Shown here: positions 1-16,200 of the stretch, in pieces
Layout of the letters: each line of letters opens with the position of its first letter
How positions within the stretch are numbered: position 1 is the stretch's first letter
DNA from: Nemertoderma westbladi
Lineage: Eukaryota > Animalia > Xenacoelomorpha
Direction: 5' to 3'
Assembly (NCBI GenBank): GCA_032718475.1
Contig: JAUCBJ010007442.1
Coordinates: 1-64,000 of the forward strand
Length of the DNA: 64,000 bases
The notes under the pieces: generated by a model
The model's database searches: none
The model's input: only the letters and a program-made list of their open reading frames with translations
What the model was told of the DNA's origin: nothing
Program-made: the position numbers and the translations under genes

Positions 1-3000
1 ATTCAGTACACATTGACTACTACAATACAAACTGTGCAATAGTTCAGTACACATTGACTACTACAATACAAACTGTGCAATATTCAGTACACATTGACTA
101 CTACAATACAAACTGTGCAATAATTCAGTACACATTGACTACTACAATACAAACTGTGCAATAGTTCAGTACACATTGACTACTACAATACAAACTGTGC
201 AATAATTCAGTACACATTGACTACTACAATACAAACTGTGCAATAATTCAGTACACATTGACTACTACAATACAAACTGTGCAATAGTCCAGTACACATT
301 GACTACTACAATACAAACTGTGCAATAGTCCAGTACACATTGACTACTACAATACAAACTGTGCAATATTCCAGTACACATTGACTACTACAATACAAAC
401 TGTGCAATATTCCAGTACACATTGACTACTACAATACAAACTGTGCAATAGTCCAGTACACATTGACTACTACAATACAAACTGTGCAATAGTCCAGTAC
501 ACATTGACTACTACAATACAAACTGTGCAATAATTCAGTACACATTGACTACTACAATACAAACTGTGCAATATTCCAGTACACATTGACTACTACAATA
601 CAAACTGTGCAATAATTCAGTACACATTGACTACTACAATACAAACTGTGCAATAGTCCAGTACACATTGACTACTACAATACAAACTGTGCAATAATTC
701 AGTACACATTGACTACTACAATACAAACTGTGCAATATTCCAGTACACATTGACTACTACAATACAAACTGTGCAATAGTCCAGTACACATTGACTACTA
801 CAATACAAACTGTGCAATATTCCAGTACACATTGACTACTACAATACAAACTGTGCAATAGTCCAGTACACATTGACTACTACAATACAAACTGTGCAAT
901 AGTCCAGTACACATTGACTACTACAATACAAACTGTGCAATAGTCCAGTACACATTGACTACTACAATACAAACTGTGCAATAATTCAGTACACATTGAC
1001 TACTACAATACAAACTGTGCAATAGTCCAGTACACATTGACTACTACAATACAAACTGTGCAATAGTCCAGTACACATTGACTACTACAATACAAACTGT
1101 GCAATAGTCCAGTACACATTGACTACTACAATACAAACTGTGCAATAATTCAGTACACATTGACTACTACAATACAAACTGTGCAATATTCAGTACACAT
1201 TGACTACTACAATACAAACTGTGCAATAGTCCAGTACACATTGACTACTACAATACAAACTGTGCAATAGTTCCAGTACACATTGACTACTACAATACAA
1301 ACTGTGCAATATTCCAGTACACATTGACTACTACAATACAAACTGTGCAATAGTCCAGTACACATTGACTACTACAATACAAACTGTGCAATAGTCCAGT
1401 ACACATTGACTACTACAATACAAACTGTGCAATAGTCCAGTACACATTGACTACTACAATACAAACTGTGCAATAATTCAGTACACATTGACTACTACAA
1501 TACAAACTGTGCAATAGTCCAGTACACATTGACTACTACAATACAAACTGTGCAATAGTCCAGTACACATTGACTACTACAATACAAACTGTGCAATAGT
1601 CCAGTACACATTGACTACTACAATACAAACTGTGCAATAATTCAGTACACATTGACTACTACAATACAAACTGTGCAATAGTCCAGTACACATTGACTAC
1701 TACAATACAAACTGTGCAATAGTCCAGTACACATTGACTACTACAATACAAACTGTGCAATAGTTCAGTACACATTGACTACTACAATACAAACTGTGCA
1801 ATAGTCCAGTACACATTGACTACTACAATACAAACTGTGCAATAGTTCCAGTACACATTGACTACTACAATACAAACTGTGCAATAGTCCAGTACACATT
1901 GACTACTACAATACAAACTGTGCAATATTCCAGTACACATTGACTACTACAATACAAACTGTGCAATAGTCCAGTACACATTGACTACTACAATACAAAC
2001 TGTGCAATAGTCCAGTACACATTGACTACTACAATACAAACTGTGCAATAGTCCAGTACACATTGACTACTACAATACAAACTGTGCAATAGTCCAGTAC
2101 ACATTGACTACTACAATACAAACTGTGCAATAGTCCAGTACACATTGACTACTACAATACAAACTGTGCAATATTCCAGTACACATTGACTACTACAATA
2201 CAAACTGTGCAATAGTCCAGTACACATTGACTACTACAATACAAACTGTGCAATAGTCCAGTACACATTGACTACTACAATACAAACTGTGCAATAGTCC
2301 AGTACACATTGACTACTACAATACAAACTGTGCAATAGTTCAGTACACATTGACTACTACAATACAAACTGTGCAATAGTCCAGTACACATTGACTACTA
2401 CAATACAAACTGTGCAATATTCCAGTACACATTGACTACTACAATACAAACTGTGCAATAGTCCAGTACACATTGACTACTACAATACAAACTGTGCAAT
2501 AGTCCAGTACACATTGACTACTACAATACAAACTGTGCAATAGTCCAGTACACATTGACTACTACAATACAAACTGTGCAATAGTCCAGTACACATTGAC
2601 TACTACAATACAAACTGTGCAATAGTCCAGTACACATTGACTACTACAATACAAACTGTGCAATATTCCAGTACACATTGACTACTACAATACAAACTGT
2701 GCAATAGTCCAGTACACATTGACTACTACAATACAAACTGTGCAATAGTCCAGTACACATTGACTACTACAATACAAACTGTGCAATAATTCAGTACACA
2801 TTGACTACTACAATACAAACTGTGCAATAGTCCAGTACACATTGACTACTACAATACAAACTGTGCAATAATTCAGTACACATTGACTACTACAATACAA
2901 ACTGTGCAATAATTCAGTACACATTGACTACTACAATACAAACTGTGCAATAGTCCAGTACACATTGACTACTACAATACAAACTGTGCAATAATTCAGT

Positions 3001-6000
3001 ACACATTGACTACTACAATACAAACTGTGCAATATTCCAGTACACATTGACTACTACAATACAAACTGTGCAATATTCCAGTACACATTGACTACTACAA
3101 TACAAACTGTGCAATATTCCAGTACACATTGACTACTACAATACAAACTGTGCAATATTCCAGTACACATTGACTACTACAATACAAACTGTGCAATATT
3201 CCAGTACACATTGACTACTACAATACAAACTGTGCAATAATTCAGTACACATTGACTACTACAATACAAACTGTGCAATAGTCCAGTACACATTGACTAC
3301 TACAATACAAACTGTGCAATATTCCAGTACACATTGACTACTACAATACAAACTGTGCAATATTCCAGTACACATTGACTACTACAATACAAACTGTGCA
3401 ATAGTCCAGTACACATTGACTACTACAATACAAACTGTGCAATAATTCAGTACACATTGACTACTACAATACAAACTGTGCAATATTCCAGTACACATTG
3501 ACTACTACAATACAAACTGTGCAATATTCCAGTACACATTGACTACTACAATACAAACTGTGCAATAATTCAGTACACATTGACTACTACAATACAAACT
3601 GTGCAATATTCCAGTACACATTGACTACTACAATACAAACTGTGCAATAATTCAGTACACATTGACTACTACAATACAAACTGTGCAATATTCCAGTACA
3701 CATTGACTACTACAATACAAACTGTGCAATATTCCAGTACACATTGACTACTACAATACAAACTGTGCAATATTCCAGTACACATTGACTACTACAATAC
3801 AAACTGTGCAATATTCCAGTACACATTGACTACTACAATACAAACTGTGCAATAGTCCAGTACACATTGACTACTACAATACAAACTGTGCAATATTCCA
3901 GTACACATTGACTACTACAATACAAACTGTGCAATATTCCAGTACACATTGACTACTACAATACAAACTGTGCAATAATTCAGTACACATTGACTACTAC
4001 AATACAAACTGTGCAATATTCCAGTACACATTGACTACTACAATACAAACTGTGCAATATTCCAGTACACATTGACTACTACAATACAAACTGTGCAATA
4101 ATTCAGTACACATTGACTACTACAATACAAACTGTGCAATATTCCAGTACACATTGACTACTACAATACAAACTGTGCAATATTCCAGTACACATTGACT
4201 ACTACAATACAAACTGTGCAATATTCCAGTACACATTGACTACTACAATACAAACTGTGCAATATTCCAGTACACATTGACTACTACAATACAAACTGTG
4301 CAATATTCCAGTACACATTGACTACTACAATACAAACTGTGCAATATTCCAGTACACATTGACTACTACAATACAAACTGTGCAATATTCCAGTACACAT
4401 TGACTACTACAATACAAACTGTGCAATATTCCAGTACACATTGACTACTACAATACAAACTGTGCAATATTCCAGTACACATTGACTACTACAATACAAA
4501 CTGTGCAATATTCCAGTACACATTGACTACTACAATACAAACTGTGCAATATTCCAGTACACATTGACTACTACAATACAAACTGTGCAATATTCCAGTA
4601 CACATTGACTACTACAATACAAACTGTGCAATATTCCAGTACACATTGACTACTACAATACAAACTGTGCAATATTCCAGTACACATTGACTACTACAAT
4701 ACAAACTGTGCAATATTCCAGTACACATTGACTACTACAATACAAACTGTGCAATATTCCAGTACACATTGACTACTACAATACAAACTGTGCAATATTC
4801 CAGTACACATTGACTACTACAATACAAACTGTGCAATATTCAGTACACATTGACTACTACAATACAAACTGTGCAATATTCCAGTACACATTGACTACTA
4901 CAATACAAACTGTGCAATATTCCAGTACACATTGACTACTACAATACAAACTGTGCAATATTCCAGTACACATTGACTACTACAATACAAACTGTGCAAT
5001 ATTCCAGTACACATTGACTACTACAATACAAACTGTGCAATATTCCAGTACACATTGACTACTACAATACAAACTGTGCAATATTCCAGTACACATTGAC
5101 TACTACAATACAAACTGTGCAATATTCCAGTACACATTGACTACTACAATACAAACTGTGCAATATTCCAGTACACATTGACTACTACAATACAAACTGT
5201 GCAATATTCCAGTACACATTGACTACTACAATACAAACTGTGCAATATTCCAGTACACATTGACTACTACAATACAAACTGTGCAATATTCCAGTACACA
5301 TTGACTACTACAATACAAACTGTGCAATATTCCAGTACACATTGACTACTACAATACAAACTGTGCAATAGTCCAGTACACATTGACTACTACAATACAA
5401 ACTGTGCAATAGTCCAGTACACATTGACTACTACAATACAAACTGTGCAATAATTCAGTACACATTGACTACTACAATACAAACTGTGCAATATTCCAGT
5501 ACACATTGACTACTACAATACAAACTGTGCAATATTCCAGTACACATTGACTACTACAATACAAACTGTGCAATAATTCAGTACACATTGACTACTACAA
5601 TACAAACTGTGCAATATTCCAGTACACATTGACTACTACAATACAAACTGTGCAATATTCCAGTACACATTGACTACTACAATACAAACTGTGCAATAGT
5701 CCAGTACACATTGACTACTACAATACAAACTGTGCAATATTCCAGTACACATTGACTACTACAATACAAACTGTGCAATAATTCAGTACACATTGACTAC
5801 TACAATACAAACTGTGCAATAATTCAGTACACATTGACTACTACAATACAAACTGTGCAATAATTCAGTACACATTGACTACTACAATACAAACTGTGCA
5901 ATAGTCCAGTACACATTGACTACTACAATACAAACTGTGCAATATTCCAGTACACATTGACTACTACAATACAAACTGTGCAATAATTCAGTACACATTG

Positions 6001-9000
6001 ACTACTACAATACAAACTGTGCAATAGTCCAGTACACATTGACTACTACAATACAAACTGTGCAATAATTCAGTACACATTGACTACTACAATACAAACT
6101 GTGCAATAGTCCAGTACACATTGACTACTACAATACAAACTGTGCAATAGTCCAGTACACATTGACTACTACAATACAAACTGTGCAATAGTCCAGTACA
6201 CATTGACTACTACAATACAAACTGTGCAATATTCCAGTACACATTGACTACTACAATACAAACTGTGCAATAATTCAGTACACATTGACTACTACAATAC
6301 AAACTGTGCAATAGTCCAGTACACATTGACTACTACAATACAAACTGTGCAATAATTCAGTACACATTGACTACTACAATACAAACTGTGCAATAGTCCA
6401 GTACACATTGACTACTACAATACAAACTGTGCAATAATTCAGTACACATTGACTACTACAATACAAACTGTGCAATAGTCCAGTACACATTGACTACTAC
6501 AATACAAACTGTGCAATAATTCAGTACACATTGACTACTACAATACAAACTGTGCAATAGTCCAGTACACATTGACTACTACAATACAAACTGTGCAATA
6601 ATCCAGTACACATTGACTACTACAATACAAACTGTGCAATAGTCCAGTACACATTGACTACTACAATACAAACTGTGCAATAATTCAGTACACATTGACT
6701 ACTACAATACAAACTGTGCAATAATTCAGTACACATTGACTACTACAATACAAACTGTGCAATAGTCCAGTACACATTGACTACTACAATACAAACTGTG
6801 CAATAGTCCAGTACACATTGACTACTACAATACAAACTGTGCAATAGTTCAGTACACATTGACTACTACAATACAAACTGTGCAATATTCCAGTACACAT
6901 TGACTACTACAATACAAACTGTGCAATAATTCAGTACACATTGACTACTACAATACAAACTGTGCAATATTCCAGTACACATTGACTACTACAATACAAA
7001 CTGTGCAATAATTCAGTACACATTGACTACTACAATACAAACTGTGCAATATTCCAGTACACATTGACTACTACAATACAAACTGTGCAATAATTCAGTA
7101 CACATTGACTACTACAATACAAACTGTGCAATAATTCAGTACACATTGACTACTACAATACAAACTGTGCAATAATTCAGTACACATTGACTACTACAAT
7201 ACAAACTGTGCAATAGTCCAGTACACATTGACTACTACAATACAAACTGTGCAATAGTCCAGTACACATTGACTACTACAATACAAACTGTGCAATAATT
7301 CAGTACACATTGACTACTACAATACAAACTGTGCAATAATTCAGTACACATTGACTACTACAATACAAACTGTGCAATAGTCCAGTACACATTGACTACT
7401 ACAATACAAACTGTGCAATAGTCCAGTACACATTGACTACTACAATACAAACTGTGCAATAATTCAGTACACATTGACTACTACAATACAAACTGTGCAA
7501 TAGTCCAGTACACATTGACTACTACAATACAAACTGTGCAATAGTCCAGTACACATTGACTACTACAATACAAACTGTGCAATAGTCCAGTACACATTGA
7601 CTACTACAATACAAACTGTGCAATAATTCAGTACACATTGACTACTACAATACAAACTGTGCAATAGTCCAGTACACATTGACTACTACAATACAAACTG
7701 TGCAATATTCCAGTACACATTGACTACTACAATACAAACTGTGCAATAATTCAGTACACATTGACTACTACAATACAAACTGTGCAATATTCCAGTACAC
7801 ATTGACTACTACAATACAAACTGTGCAATAATTCAGTACACATTGACTACTACAATACAAACTGTGCAATAATTCAGTACACATTGACTACTACAATACA
7901 AACTGTGCAATAATTCAGTACACATTGACTACTACAATACAAACTGTGCAATAATTCAGTACACATTGACTACTACAATACAAACTGTGCAATAATTCAG
8001 TACACATTGACTACTACAATACAAACTGTGCAATATTCCAGTACACATTGACTACTACAATACAAACTGTGCAATAATTCAGTACACATTGACTACTACA
8101 ATACAAACTGTGCAATAGTCCAGTACACATTGACTACTACAATACAAACTGTGCAATAGTTCAGTACACATTGACTACTACAATACAAACTGTGCAATAG
8201 TTCAGTACACATTGACTACTACAATACAAACTGTGCAATATTCCAGTACACATTGACTACTACAATACAAACTGTGCAATAGTTCAGTACACATTGACTA
8301 CTACAATACAAACTGTGCAATATTCCAGTACACATTGACTACTACAATACAAACTGTGCAATATTCCAGTACACATTGACTACTACAATACAAACTGTGC
8401 AATAATTCAGTACACATTGACTACTACAATACAAACTGTGCAATAGTCCAGTACACATTGACTACTACAATACAAACTGTGCAATAGTTCAGTACACATT
8501 GACTACTACAATACAAACTGTGCAATAGTTCAGTACACATTGACTACTACAATACAAACTGTGCAATATTCCAGTACACATTGACTACTACAATACAAAC
8601 TGTGCAATAGTTCAGTACACATTGACTACTACAATACAAACTGTGCAATATTCCAGTACACATTGACTACTACAATACAAACTGTGCAATATTCCAGTAC
8701 ACATTGACTACTACAATACAAACTGTGCAATAGTTCAGTACACATTGACTACTACAATACAAACTGTGCAATATTCCAGTACACATTGACTACTACAATA
8801 CAAACTGTGCAATATTCCAGTACACATTGACTACTACAATACAAACTGTGCAATAATTCAGTACACATTGACTACTACAATACAAACTGTGCAATAGTCC
8901 AGTACACATTGACTACTACAATACAAACTGTGCAATAGTTCAGTACACATTGACTACTACAATACAAACTGTGCAATAGTTCAGTACACATTGACTACTA

Positions 9001-9479
9001 CAATACAAACTGTGCAATATTCCAGTACACATTGACTACTACAATACAAACTGTGCAATAGTTCAGTACACATTGACTACTACAATACAAACTGTGCAAT
9101 ATTCCAGTACACATTGACTACTACAATACAAACTGTGCAATATTCCAGTACACATTGACTACTACAATACAAACTGTGCAATAGTTCAGTACACATTGAC
9201 TACTACAATACAAACTGTGCAATATTCCAGTACACATTGACTACTACAATACAAACTGTGCAATATTCCAGTACACATTGACTACTACAATACAAACTGT
9301 GCAATATTCCAGTACACATTGACTACTACAATACAAACTGTGCAATAGTCCAGTACACATTGACTACTACAATACAAACTGTGCAATAGTCCAGTACACA
9401 TTGACTACTACAATACAAACTGTGCAATAATTCAGTACACATTGACTACTACAATACAAACTGTGCAATAATTCAGTAC
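1..9479. repeat. 41-bp tandem satellite (about 230 copies; runs off the left edge)
   Basis: Unit CAGTACACATTGACTACTACAATACAAACTGTGCAATA + variable NTY (ATT/GTC/TTC/GTT). CAGTAC recurs at 4, 45 and onward. The array ends abruptly at ...ATTCAGTAC|CATTCG. Confidence 0.99.
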
Positions 9480-10846
9480 CATTCGCTATAGTAAAGACCC
9501 ATTCCTGCTCTTCAAAAGACTATGGTTTAATCACTTATTATGAAATTTAAATTATTAAAATTCCAAATGAATTTCAATCGCCTTTTGCGAATTTGTTCCA
9601 TTCTGATAGACAGATTAAACCAGTACGGTAAATCCATTGTATTTCGGCTTAAATGTTGCTGTATCATGTGCCACGATGACCATAGGATAATCCTAGTCTA
9701 AAGATATTAAAACGTTTAACCTATAAATCTGTTTAAAAACGTGTCCCTTGAGTAGAGATATCAAGAGAGTAGAGTAGGTACAGCTTCAGCATAACAATAA
9801 TCCCGTCATTACCAATTATACCTTGAAAGTATAGCAGCAAAGTCTTTGCTAAAAAAAATCAAGGATCACAGGTGTGTGTACTTACTTACAAGAGCTCATA
9901 AAAATGTGATATAAACGCACTAACTCTGGAAAGTAAGTAATGTGACTCATCTGCTATTTAATTGTTCTTGAATTGCAAATAAGTAACGCGATAGAAAACC
10001 ATGAATGAATTACCATAAATCGTGTCACTATAATGAGTGTGCTGAATGAGGCTTTGCAAATTGTGATCATCATCTGGTTTCAGACGATACACACACAATG
10101 ATGGCTGGGCCTATCTATACATATCAAATGTTGGTGTTGGTGTAATAAATGTAAAAAGTGATGTAAAGTAAGTTACTTAAGGTATTTTTATTCGTTTGCC
10201 AGACAACATAACTTTTTAGTCATGATGGTTTTTTCTAGATTACAATAACAACGTCAACTGCAGTTTAGCATTTCAATAAACAACTTAAAAATTATATTAT
10301 TAATATCTGCAATATTCTTACTTTATTGTAATATACTTACTTAATTACATATTTCATTTTATACTTCACTTTATTATAAATTAACTATGGAAATCTCTGT
10401 AATTTTGACATACAACTTGTTAACTTACTGTTACTTAATTTACACTCGGCAGTCATTTAATGTGTTACCTCTACTTTGCAAGTTGTAATTTTTACCGAAC
10501 AGCCAAAGATTACGAGTTTAAACTGTTCGTTATATAATCCAAAAGTTATGCGAATCCGAATTCTTACATGGTAGCAGTGTAATGGTTTATGGTCAAATGT
10601 TCGACACTGCCAATGGTGCCACAGAGTCAACACTTCCACAACTAGGTTAAAGCATACAAAAAAATTGGTCAAAAAATTGTTAGCCGTTATCCTCTCCAAT
10701 CCATCAGCAATCCCAATATACAGAGCAGACTGAAATTAACACAACCAAATTAAGCGGTCCAACTTGTTACAGATATTATTGCCCATTATTAATGTGCTAT
10801 TATTTAGATATTTTAATTTAGATATTTTAATATTTATAATCTAGAT

Positions 10847-11687
10847 CACTTCAAGAACGCAGAAGTAGTAGATATCCGGCAACTACAGTCACAGACACCG
10901 ACTTTGGGGATGACATCGCCCTGCTCTCTAATACGCTACCAGATGCACAGCTTCTACTAAATAAAGTGGAGAGGGCTGCTAAGGAGGTTGGATTGCATAT
11001 CAATGCTACAAAGACCGAATTCACGACCTTTAATGTTGATCAATCTTCTTGATCTTCTTGTTGATCATCTTGACAACCATTGATAATAATCAACTAAGGA
11101 AGGTAAATAACTTCCAGTACATTGGATCATGGATAGAGAGTAGCAAAAAGGACATAGAAGTTAGGAAAGCAAAGGGTTGGGTAGCTCTATCAAAAATGGA
11201 TACCATCTGGAAATCAGATCTCTCCAGGCACCTGAAGACTAAGTTCTTTCGAGCCACAGTGGAAAGTGTATTTTTATACGGGGGTGAGACCTGGACACTG
11301 ACTAAATCACTTGAACATTGCATGAATTGAATGATTGGTGGTTGCTACACAAGACTACTAAGGGCAGCCCTAAACATCAGCTGGAGACAACACATGACAA
11401 ACGCCGAGCTTTATGGTACAATACCACCTGTATCAACCACCCTCCGTGAACGCAGATTAAGATTCACTGGGCACTGCTGGCGAAGTAAAGACGAGGTCAT
11501 ACCAGATCTACTTATCTGGCAACCAACTCATGGAAAGCGTAGTCGTGGACGACCGGCCATAACATATATAGATCAACTTGAAAGGGATACTGAACTTGGG
11601 AGAAACTAAATTGGGACAACTATGGAGAATCGGGAAGCCTGGAAGGATCTCATTTCCACTGTCCGAGTTCGCTCGACCTAGTAGTAG
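10847..11687 (+). mobile_element. 5'-truncated, degenerate RTE-clade LINE (RT C-terminal half and 3' end)
   Basis: Fragments FQYIGSWI, FRATVESVFLYGGETWTL and RLRFTGHCWR...GKRSRGRP. (TAG)n tail. 12-bp TSD TATAATCTAGAT at 10835-10846 and 11688-11699. Closely similar to the copy at 59363-61038. Confidence 0.93.
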
Positions 11688-11699
11688 TATAATCTAGAT

Positions 11700-12900
11700 T
11701 GAAGATGTGTAAAGATTTTTTGATATTGTGGGGTTCCAGAATTAATCTAAAGCAGTTTGTTTTTATGAGCATGTTAACGGCATCGATACACAAGAATCTG
11801 CTTTGAGTGCAACAATACAAACCAATTATTACAAAGATAACCATAAGCAACAACAAAGAAATACACATATTCAAATGAATTATGTAAATCGTTTTCTGCC
11901 GCAGTTTCTTTTGAAATCCTACTAATGTAATAAATATGGTCAATCTGATGATAAATAGTATAGAATAATAATGGTATAATATAGTATAATAATAATGGTA
12001 TAATATAGTATAATAATAATGGATAGTATTATTTGTTTAAACTGTATCATGTCCAGGTGCACTGGAAGACTTAGTAATATAACGCTGTATGTATGGTGAA
12101 TGTATAATGGTGTTGTTAAATTAAATACATGCGTGGTTGAGTTCTTCACAACACAAGTCCCTCACCAAAATCTGATTGTTGATAAATCCCATTCCCAGTG
12201 ACCATTGAGGATTAGTATAATTTCCTTCTGGATCCTTCTGGTGGTGAAAAGTAAATCTTAAATAAACTGAGTGAAGTATCAACATTTCTCAGTTTTATAG
12301 ACAATACAGGATAATTAATGACATAGTTAGTGTTAGTAGTAGCCTTATTAGCAATATAAACTTTCATGATGGTAAATAAATTTGAAGAAACATAATGAAA
12401 CCAAATATAGCCTCAGATGAAATTGTTTCAGGAAATTCTCCAGCAGAGATAATTACTTTTACTTTCTTATAATTATTTATATTTTTGTAATTCATCATAT
12501 ATATTTATTGCATAGAATCGAAAAAATGTTACCATTTGAATTGCAGGGTAATCGGCTATGGTGGTAACTTCTGTTTCTCGACATCATTTTTTGTTGAACA
12601 GAAACAAGTACTGATATTAATATAGGAAACTTTCCATCATAAGAACAGATCCTTATTGCGCCTTTGCTTTCGTTTCTTCTGCAATGATGTTCAGATGTTA
12701 CGACTTCTGAGTTTACATTAGAAATAATTATCTTGTAACTTATAATAATTTACATCAAGCATGGTTAATATTAATTTAGTCCTGCAGATATCCTGCCGCT
12801 TCTTCACTGCACATTGCATAGGATTATATGTATATATAATTTCTATGATTTTATTAGTATGTAATATCCAACTGGCAGATTCAGTGTCAACACATCGAAA
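11700..12900 (-). pseudogene. Decayed tandem paralog of the neighbouring adhesion GPCR
   Basis: HLNMCISLLLLMVIFVIIG (ORF 11650-11943) matches TM2 HLNLCISLLLFLIMFLLSG of the intact gene. DNA at ~12540-12580 matches ~15300-15340, and ~12400-12480 resembles ~14590-14680. Many stops and indels; boundaries approximate, and it may extend left of the RTE insertion. Confidence 0.75.
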
Positions 12901-13225
12901 AATGATCAACACATCGCACGGAATTTAGCGCCACATCAATACTTTGTAAAACCATATCAACACTTAGAAATTAATGAAATTAAAGGGAAAGTAAAACCAA
13001 CGTTTTTATACATTTTTTTCCCCATTTAATTATATTGTATAGAGTCCTTGTAAGAGGTGTGCCGCATTAAAGTTCCATATAATATATTTAGACATGTAAG
13101 CTGAATTAAATCGGCTATATTCTTCCAGTAAATATTAATATTACTTAAAAGCTTGCAATTAGATAACATATTATTTTTATGTGATTGATTATATAATATT
13201 GTACCACATAACCTGAATGCTTGAT

Positions 13226-16200
13226 TTATACTTCCTTTTCACCAACAAGTAACTTATAGTCTAATAATTCCTTGGTTTCCTCGCCATTATCCTTTGATAC
13301 CACTGAGGAATTTTTATTTGTTGCTGTTGCATTAGTATAAGATGAGCCTCTCTTCTGGCTGCTGAATAACACAGTTTGTGTTGCAGATGAACGTCTGCGT
13401 GAAAGCGTAGTAAATAAATGTTCACTTTCTAATTTAAATAAAGATCGCCATGTCTTTTGAATTTCCTTATCCTTGCTTAGAAGACAATGGAAGGTAAATA
13501 GAAAGAAGCCCTGTGTGCTATTGAGAATGATAAATATATATGAAGCAATAAGATGCCCCGGACCAATTTGAAGAAATCCCAGAATCCAGGTGATTCCTAA
13601 TATAACCATCAGAGAAACGGTGCTTTTGAATTTGACTAAAATAGTTACCTTGTCTTTACTCCTTGTTATTTCGCTTCTGTCATAACAAAAAAGAACCCTC
13701 ATAACAAAAGCAAAAACAACAGTGTTTGCAATGATAGCTAAACCAATAGGAGCCACTAATGACCAATAATAGGTTGATCCAACAACCCAACAAATGCTTC
13801 CTTTTCCAATCCCAACCAGCTTATAATTACCAACATCAACAGAAACAGCAATTATACAAATAAGTGCTGGAATACCCCAGGCAACGGCTGTTGATTTCCA
13901 TATGGAGTTTGATGATGGTTGCTCCAAAGACTGTACTACGCAAATATTATATAATTTGAGAGCATCCACAAACATCCAACACCAAGTAACTAAGAGAAAG
14001 TAATGGCTGAGAACTCCAAGTGTACTGCATAAATATGCATTGACATGAGCAAGGATTCCACTCAACAGAAACATGATCAGAAACAACAGCAAGGAGATAC
14101 ACAAATTCAAATGAATTTTATTATTTGTCTTTTGCAACAGTTTCTTATGCTTTCTAAATATGCAAATAAATAGAGTCAATCCTATAATAGACAATGTTGT
14201 TCCAATAATAGATAATATTTGTTGAGCTTTATCATGTTCAGGGGAAATATATGATTGAGAAAGATAATTGTGCACATCCAAAAGTAGAGCAAAATTTGTA
14301 AGATGGGTGCATTCACACTCGGTGTAATTATAATGGGTTTCTTTCACCGAACAACCCTCTGTTGACCACATATCAATTGATGAGTTCCAAAAGGCGCATT
14401 TCATAAGAAGGTCTGATTTGGTGGAATCGTGTTGATGCTGCAATGTGAATGTTATTGGATTTGATTTGGAAATGGAAAGTTCAATCTCAAGATTTACTTT
14501 GATAGACAATATTGCAGAAGTTACATTATCAGAATTATTATTGTTAGTACCAAAGAAGGCAGCTGAATCATACATAATTAAGCCTATTATGGCACCAGTT
14601 GTCATGGTTTCAGGAAACGCCCCATGTGGAATACTTACTTTAACTTTCCTGGTATCTTTTGTGTATTTGTTGTTCTTAATTTCATCTAAAACAAATCCAT
14701 TTTTCTTCAATTCATGGGATGTTAATTTATATCTTGCTAATATTATATTATCTGTAAACACTGTTTGATTTGTACGATTTGGTATATCTAGAATAGATAA
14801 ATCTTCTAGAGATTTCACCACTTCTTGAATTAGGCTTATGTTTATAGACTTAGCTTTATCAACAAGAATACTGGATATATTAATAATGCCTTCAATAACC
14901 TTGGGATCTGATGAAGCTTGGATTGTTAATTTCTTTACCATTTTGGCAGCTTTTTCTATTACTGTTTTATTGTTTGTACTTGCTGCTTCACTTATAGTAA
15001 CATTAGCTATTTTAACTGCATTGCCAGAGTTGATAATAATATCAGTGTCTATGCCACAACCAATATCAATTACATCTTCCCATTTGGTAGATTCACTGCA
15101 TCGTCTAGTGACGGTTATAGAGTCATTAAAAGCACATTTTGTCGAGCTTACATCACCGCTTGTGGTTTTAGACCAAAGATAACCACCACTCTGCTCTGGG
15201 GAACAATAACAATTAGTAATGTTTGGAGAATCCCACCCCCATGTCATATTATGTATTCCACAGTTTCGATAAACTTTACCACCTGAATTGCCTCCATTTG
15301 CATTGCATGGTAACTCGGCTGTGGTATTAACTTCTGTTTCTTGCCACTTATAATTATATTGATCAATCTCAAATGGGCAGGAACAAGTCTTTAAACCCAA
15401 CCAACGTCCATCAATACATGTCCGTATAGCGCACATATAATGTTTTGATGTGCACAATTGAGATATATAAGCTTCCGAGCTTGCAGTATTCCACATAAAG
15501 TTGCCATTGCAAACCTCTCGGGAAGCATCTTGATTAGAACATATCTTACTGATATATAGATATGTCTCAATATTACTAATTATTTGTTCCTTTAATATCC
15601 ATTCACAATCAGAATTTTGATCATAGCGAGATGTCAAATTTAAATCACAAACATCTATATAGTTTGCGTTATTGTTTATACTTACAATAAGTAAGTCAAG
15701 TGATGGTAATTTAACAGTAGACTTGATGACAGTGTTAATGTCAGCCCCATTCAGTGAATTACCTTGTAGTTTTAGTGTCTTTAATTTTCTCAGTTTTACT
15801 GGAATGCTGATGTTTCTTAATCTATTGTAACTGAGGTCGAGTGTCTCTATATTTGGGAACTTTTGTAGGTTAACTTTTTTTAAGGATTTAAACTTGTTTT
15901 GTTGAAGTTGAAGATGTTTCAATGAGTTAAATTGATTGGTGGAATCTTCGACCATAGTAATTTCATTGTTGCCGAGATTCAAGTCTACCAGATTGGTAAG
16001 TGCATCAAAGGCATTTGGAAGAACCTCTTTCCAATAACAATGGCTTAGGTTTAATTCCAGGAGCTGAGTAAATGTTTCAAAATCATTTTCAAACAAAGGG
16101 GATTTCTTATCTGCGAATGCATTGCCTAGTGAAATTGTGAGATTCGTTACAGAGGGTGATATCATGATAGTTGATTTCAAACCCAGCTGTAGAAATTTGC

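Noticed and set aside
1-9479. CRISPR-like array (constant repeat plus variable part)
   Set aside because: The variable part is only about 3 nt with a few recurring states; no unique spacers, no cas genes, eukaryotic context.
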